A stretch of 55,876 nucleotides of DNA from Patescibacteria group bacterium (lineage in GTDB: Bacteria > Patescibacteriota > Minisyncoccia > Phycocordibacterales > UBA6065). The notes beneath the pieces were generated by a model. That model was not told the DNA's origin and did not search any database. It saw only the letters and a list, made by a program, of their open reading frames with translations. The stretch is taken from the NCBI GenBank assembly GCA_038063975.1, contig JBBTTY010000041.1, forward strand, positions 1 to 55,876, read 5' to 3'. Below are positions 52,325-55,876 of this stretch, piece after piece. The first letter of the stretch is position 1; each line of letters begins with the position of its first letter. Made by a program: the position numbers and the translations under genes.

Positions 52325-52443
52325 AATCGCAAGAATAGTTGCTTGAGGAGACCTTCGGAGGACGCGAAGGCGTCCGAGAATGAGACGCCCCGCCAGCAGG
52401 CGGGGATGTCGTGCTCCGAAAGTAACTATTCTTGCGATTTTAT
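52321..52443 (+). repeat. Family-2 nested hairpin element, copy 3 (divergent)
   Basis: ATAAAATCGCAAGAATAGTT pairs with AACTATTCTTGCGATTTTAT; overlaps the stop codons of both convergent flanking genes. Confidence 0.85.
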
Positions 52444-52817
52444 TCTTTTATAGTAATCATCACACGAATGTCTAAATTCATGCGGTCGTAAAAAGAATAT
52501 GTGCCCGGACCGAAAAAAGAAAGAGTGTAACTCTCGCCCGTTCCGAATTCTCCCGATTCCAGCCTAGCATCACGCTTTGATGATCTCTCTTCGGCGATAG
52601 TGTGCCGACTTTCGTCTAGAACCATAAAAACTATCTCATCGCCTGGTCGGGCCGTAACGGAAATCGGTTCCGCCCTGTCCTCAAAGAGAAGGATTTTATG
52701 GATGGTACCTCCGCCAAAGAAAACAGAAGCGGTATTATCTCCTTCTCGACCTAACCTTTTTGTGAGAGCAAAAGTTCCCGCCAGAGCGAGCAGAAGAAAA
52801 AACCAAATTAAAACCAT
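52440..52817 (-). CDS. Secreted/membrane-anchored cupredoxin-like protein lacking Cu ligands
   Basis: Signal anchor MVLIWFFLLLALAG; PGDEIVFMVLDESRHT beta-sandwich-like pattern, no Cys; start trimmed to ATG 52817. Confidence 0.35.
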   Translation of the reverse strand: MVLIWFFLLLALAGTFALTKRLGREGDNTASVFFGGGTIHKILLFEDRAEPISVTARPGDEIVFMVLDESRHTIAEERSSKRDARLESGEFGTGESYTLSFFGPGTYSFYDRMNLDIRVMITIKE

Positions 52818-52915
52818 TTTAGTATTCACGATAGTATTGTACCATACTCGTCTATCCGAGATAACTATATAAATCAATGGTATCTCGGTAATTTTAGATT
52901 TTTTAATTTAATTAT

Positions 52916-53395
52916 CTAAATCTTGATTTTATCAATGTTTTGTAATGTTTTACCTCTGTCAATTCCGTGCCATTTTTTCCATGATAATTCGAGATGGAAG
53001 GTCTTTGTTCTGCTATCCACATAACGCAATATTAAATCATCTATTAAATCAATCAGAACTTTGGCTCCATACATACCTTTTATATGTTCCAAATATATGA
53101 TCATTTTGTTACATCCGGACATAGCTTTTTCTATGAGAGCAATACCTTGGGTGAAATTTCCAAATCTGATGCTGTGGGCTTCACCAATAGACAGAGGTAT
53201 GGTCATAGCACAATTCACAAAACCTTCTAAAAATGGATACTTAAAAGTAACTAATTTTGGCCTGATATTTTTTACAACTATCACCGAACATTCCAATGTT
53301 CTCTGATAGATATCCAAATCCCGAAAAGTTTTCACTGGTTTTTTGGGTGTAAATTTGTATTTTGAATCGTATTTTGATTGCATGTAATTTTTCAT
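52916..53395 (-). CDS. Four-helix-bundle protein (23S rRNA IVS / Avd-like family)
   Basis: FRDLDIYQRTLE..., IGEAHS and helical pattern resemble the TIGR02436-type four-helix-bundle family. Confidence 0.5.
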   Translation of the reverse strand: MKNYMQSKYDSKYKFTPKKPVKTFRDLDIYQRTLECSVIVVKNIRPKLVTFKYPFLEGFVNCAMTIPLSIGEAHSIRFGNFTQGIALIEKAMSGCNKMIIYLEHIKGMYGAKVLIDLIDDLILRYVDSRTKTFHLELSWKKWHGIDRGKTLQNIDKIKI

Positions 53396-53440
53396 TTTTA
53401 TTATGTATTTTTTTATTTAAAGGGCTCCTTCGCCCCAACA

Positions 53441-54640
53441 TCAAACAACAACTAGAGCATTTTTACGAGGTAGAGATACGACGGTGCCATCGCGATAATG
53501 TACTTTTCGCGCTCTCTTCCTCGCCTGTAATTTTTTGACAATATGAAGAGGATAAAATTCATAAAAATCTTTGTCGTCAAACCATGCACATTTGAATTCA
53601 AATAATCGTAATCCCGTGAGACGAGATAGCGCCAGAGCATACCACGTGAGCTGTTCTATAGGTTTTTCTTTGCTGGCATTCGGCTTATAATCCAAAATAT
53701 GTACCATACCATTTCTGATTTGCACAAAATCTATATGACCAGTGAGTAGTTTTGGAAATTTTTGTTCTTGTTTGTCACCTTTCATTTCTATAAGACCATC
53801 ACCCGTAATTTTGAATTTAAGAACATTTTCCATATGTTCAACATCTTCCCTCCTTATATATACAGGCACTTCCGTAGCGACAGTAACAGAATCGTTGGCT
53901 ATCATAAATCTCTGCAGAGCTTCATGCCGTGCTTTATTATCGGTTACACCACTCAAAACAAACGAGGCAATATCATTGGCAAAATTCGATTTACCCCTCA
54001 CGATCATATCCGTTTTATCGAATTTTGATCTGATTTCCGACATTCTGGAACCTTCGGCAAAATATTGATGTGGGGTTTCCGAAGAAACGGCATCCAAATA
54101 TTCCTTTAATCTACCGAATCGGCGATTTTTAAATTCTTCCATTATGAGAACCGTCTTAGCCCTGTGATACCTGAAACGATATAACTGACGATGAGCCATA
54201 GTGACGACTTCAATCATTTTCTGCGGCGAAAACATTTTTATTGCCCACGGACGCATTCTCTCAAATCTACAAAGTGGTTTATATTCTTCTACCCAAGACG
54301 ATAATGTCGCTGGTAACGGTGCTAAAAAATCTCCCATGGTTTTCGAAAATTTATCCCCCAAAATTTTACAAGTTTGTTCCAATGTCAAACCGAGATTATA
54401 ATAACTGATTCCCTCCATAATGACATTAATAGGAAACCGCTTGCCTTTTACCCTTTCGGCTGTAAAAGTTCTACCACAATTTTCTTCCTTGCAAATATAC
54501 AACTGAACAATTTCATGTTTTTTCTGTCTTATACCTCTCTTTACAAAATTTTCTGAATTACAATACGGACAAACGGTTTTGGTTGATATATCCGCTTTTG
54601 TTTTCTCTTCTTTATTTTCTTGTATTTTTTCGCTTGACAT
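53441..54640 (-). CDS. Zn-ribbon + HTH + PD-(D/E)xK (RecB/Cas4-like) nuclease-domain protein
   Basis: CPYC..x17..CKEENC IS1/InsA-like zinc ribbon, following HTH-like segment; C-terminal GHIDFV ... ILDYK ... QLTWY (D, D-x-K, QxxxY). Confidence 0.6.
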   Translation of the reverse strand: MSSEKIQENKEEKTKADISTKTVCPYCNSENFVKRGIRQKKHEIVQLYICKEENCGRTFTAERVKGKRFPINVIMEGISYYNLGLTLEQTCKILGDKFSKTMGDFLAPLPATLSSWVEEYKPLCRFERMRPWAIKMFSPQKMIEVVTMAHRQLYRFRYHRAKTVLIMEEFKNRRFGRLKEYLDAVSSETPHQYFAEGSRMSEIRSKFDKTDMIVRGKSNFANDIASFVLSGVTDNKARHEALQRFMIANDSVTVATEVPVYIRREDVEHMENVLKFKITGDGLIEMKGDKQEQKFPKLLTGHIDFVQIRNGMVHILDYKPNASKEKPIEQLTWYALALSRLTGLRLFEFKCAWFDDKDFYEFYPLHIVKKLQARKRARKVHYRDGTVVSLPRKNALVVV

Positions 54641-54705
54641 ATTTTTTTTGATTGTTAGGATATAGTTACATACGGCTTCGGCCCTCCCCGCAAGGGGTAA
54701 ATACG

Positions 54706-54737
54706 AAAAACTCAGAGCATTACTGGTCTGAGTTTTT
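54706..54737 (-). terminator. Symmetric terminator overlapping the MazF-like stop codon
   Basis: AAAAACTCAGA / TCTGAGTTTTT stem with 10-nt loop. Confidence 0.6.
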
Positions 54738-54999
54738 CTTTTATTTTTTTGAAATCCTGTTTATTTACATCACCGATTTTTTCTTTTTTTGTCATAGAAA
54801 TACCCCAAAAACTTTCGTTGTTAAACTTTTTTATAATTATCACTGGTCGGAGAAATTTTTCACCCTTGCCATCAATTTCAAAACCTATATTCGCACCAAT
54901 AGATGTAAACCAAATATCGCGTTCATGAAAAAATGGACGATTTTTCAATTCGTGAATATCACTTTTTTCTATATGCCACTTTGAATAATCTTTTTTCAT
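54712..54999 (-). CDS. PemK/MazF-like toxin family protein, apparently shortened
   Basis: FFHERDIWFTSIGANIGFEIDGKGEKFLRPVIIIKKFN matches the solo MazF-like family; about 30 residues expected after MTKKEK seem absent. Confidence 0.45.
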   Translation of the reverse strand: MKKDYSKWHIEKSDIHELKNRPFFHERDIWFTSIGANIGFEIDGKGEKFLRPVIIIKKFNNESFWGISMTKKEKIGDVNKQDFKKIKEKLRPVML

Positions 55000-55200
55000 A
55001 TTCTTTTGTTCATATCACGAATTACCATTACCGAAATATCACGACTTTCACGGTTTTTAGAGCCTAAATAGAGCATCCGTGATACAGTTTTGATGATTTT
55101 TGGGCGGTTTTTTAACCGTTTTTCTATTTCAAATTCATACTATTCCTCTCACTATTTTTGTCAACTTTTTTTGATAATCAATTTTTTACTTTCTCTATTC

Positions 55201-55876
55201 TTATGGCATCAATTCTGGAATGGTTTCTGAAATTGTTTCCACCACTACAGGTTCACTCACCACCGTTGTTTCCGGCACTATTTCCGACACAGATTCAGAC
55301 GATGTTGGTGTGGATTCTGGAACGGATTCTGGAATTGTTTCTGATTCTGACACAGGTTCTGTTACTGTTTCTGGCGATGTTGGAACAGTAGGTGTAGATG
55401 TATTTTCTGGAACTATTTCCGAAACTGTACCTTGATTAGTTGAGACTGTATTTGTCGCACCACAAACACCGAGCTCCGATTGAATCACCCCATTTGCCAC
55501 ATACATACATGTCGGTGCTCCGGTCTGACGATCATATATAGTTATACCGCTCGCCGACAAATTATCCAATGAACCGACGGTCAATGTATTCACCACTACG
55601 GTACGTGCTGTAATCGAATCGGCTATGACGGCGACGAATCTAGCTAGACCATTTTCTATTGTACTCCCAAGATTACCAAAGAAAGAAATGATGCTTGCCC
55701 CCATATCATTTGACCATGTGACTTGCACTGTGCTCGTGCCTGATGTCGTGTTTCCCGAACTATCAATAGTTGAAACAGAAGTTGAAGCAAATGAGACTAG
55801 TCTGGCTTCCAATTCAGCTAATTTCGTTTCTGTGCTACGAACCGCTTCTGTCGTACTAGCCAAAGTGCCAGATATG
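55201..55876 (-). CDS. Surface/secreted protein with acidic Ser/Thr/Pro/Glu-rich C-terminal repeats (5' end outside window)
   Basis: Frame open to window edge; C-terminus is degenerate E-[ST]-[IV]-P-E repeats; conserved-looking ITIYDRQTGAPTCMYVANGVI segment. Confidence 0.6.
   Translation of the reverse strand, partial: ISGTLASTTEAVRSTETKLAELEARLVSFASTSVSTIDSSGNTTSGTSTVQVTWSNDMGASIISFFGNLGSTIENGLARFVAVIADSITARTVVVNTLTVGSLDNLSASGITIYDRQTGAPTCMYVANGVIQSELGVCGATNTVSTNQGTVSEIVPENTSTPTVPTSPETVTEPVSESETIPESVPESTPTSSESVSEIVPETTVVSEPVVVETISETIPELMP

Noticed and set aside
52916-53395. Diversity-generating retroelement suggested by the Avd-like four-helix-bundle gene
   Set aside because: No reverse transcriptase ORF and no template/variable repeat pair occur anywhere in the window.
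55096-55125. Hairpin CGGTT-TTTT-AACCG plus T-run as a terminator (similar one at 7441-7467)
   Set aside because: The T-run is on the plus strand, where no gene ends. On the minus strand there is no T-run. The stem is only 5 bp.
1-55876. CRISPR arrays, rRNA genes, integrases/DDE transposases, alternative genetic code
   Set aside because: No regularly spaced direct repeats, no rRNA-like sequence and no recombinase motifs were seen. TGA terminates well-aligned genes (for example cysS at 12201-12203), so code 25/4 is unlikely.

Overview
AT-rich bacterial chromosomal segment (about 40% GC by eye, not computed; TGA is used as a stop, e.g. cysS, so standard code 11). Gene content and style resemble a Candidate Phyla Radiation / Patescibacteria (Parcubacteria-like) genome. 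Most of the window is densely packed housekeeping genes. Cell envelope and division: S11 carboxypeptidase, ftsW, murG, an M23 peptidase, mraZ-rsmH-ftsL-ftsI-murF, mreBCD-mrdA, a second mreB, murA, rseP. Translation: gltX, cysS, lysS, proS, rpmA, rplI, rplU, frr, hpf, def/fmt, tRNA-Glu, tRNA-Asn. Replication and repair: dnaB, recR, rmuC, a priA-like gene, holB. There is also a gap-rpiB-rpe-like-split-transketolase operon and a glycogen cluster (glgA, GH57, cupin-type PGI, glucan phosphorylase). No rRNA, CRISPR array, integrase or DDE transposase was seen. Items worth a second look: (1) Two families of nested intergenic hairpin elements with GC-rich conserved cores inside AT-rich, locus-specific stems. 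One family is a three-way-junction motif with strong covariation in 3 copies. The other is a 55-nt module present in 3 copies, plus an apparent empty-site paralog. All six cores lie in the same orientation. (2) A minus-strand accessory cluster at 52.9-55.0 kb: a four-helix-bundle protein, a Zn-ribbon/HTH/PD-(D/E)xK (QxxxY) nuclease and a shortened MazF-like gene. (3) Several unusual domain fusions or degenerations in core genes: XRE-HTH fused to MurA, Def fused to Fmt, a HAD-IIB domain fused to glucan phosphorylase, and PriA without Walker A / DExH motifs. (4) A HigBA-like cassette with a frameshifted toxin inserted between the two transketolase halves. All calls rest on motif recognition by eye; no database search or folding program was run.
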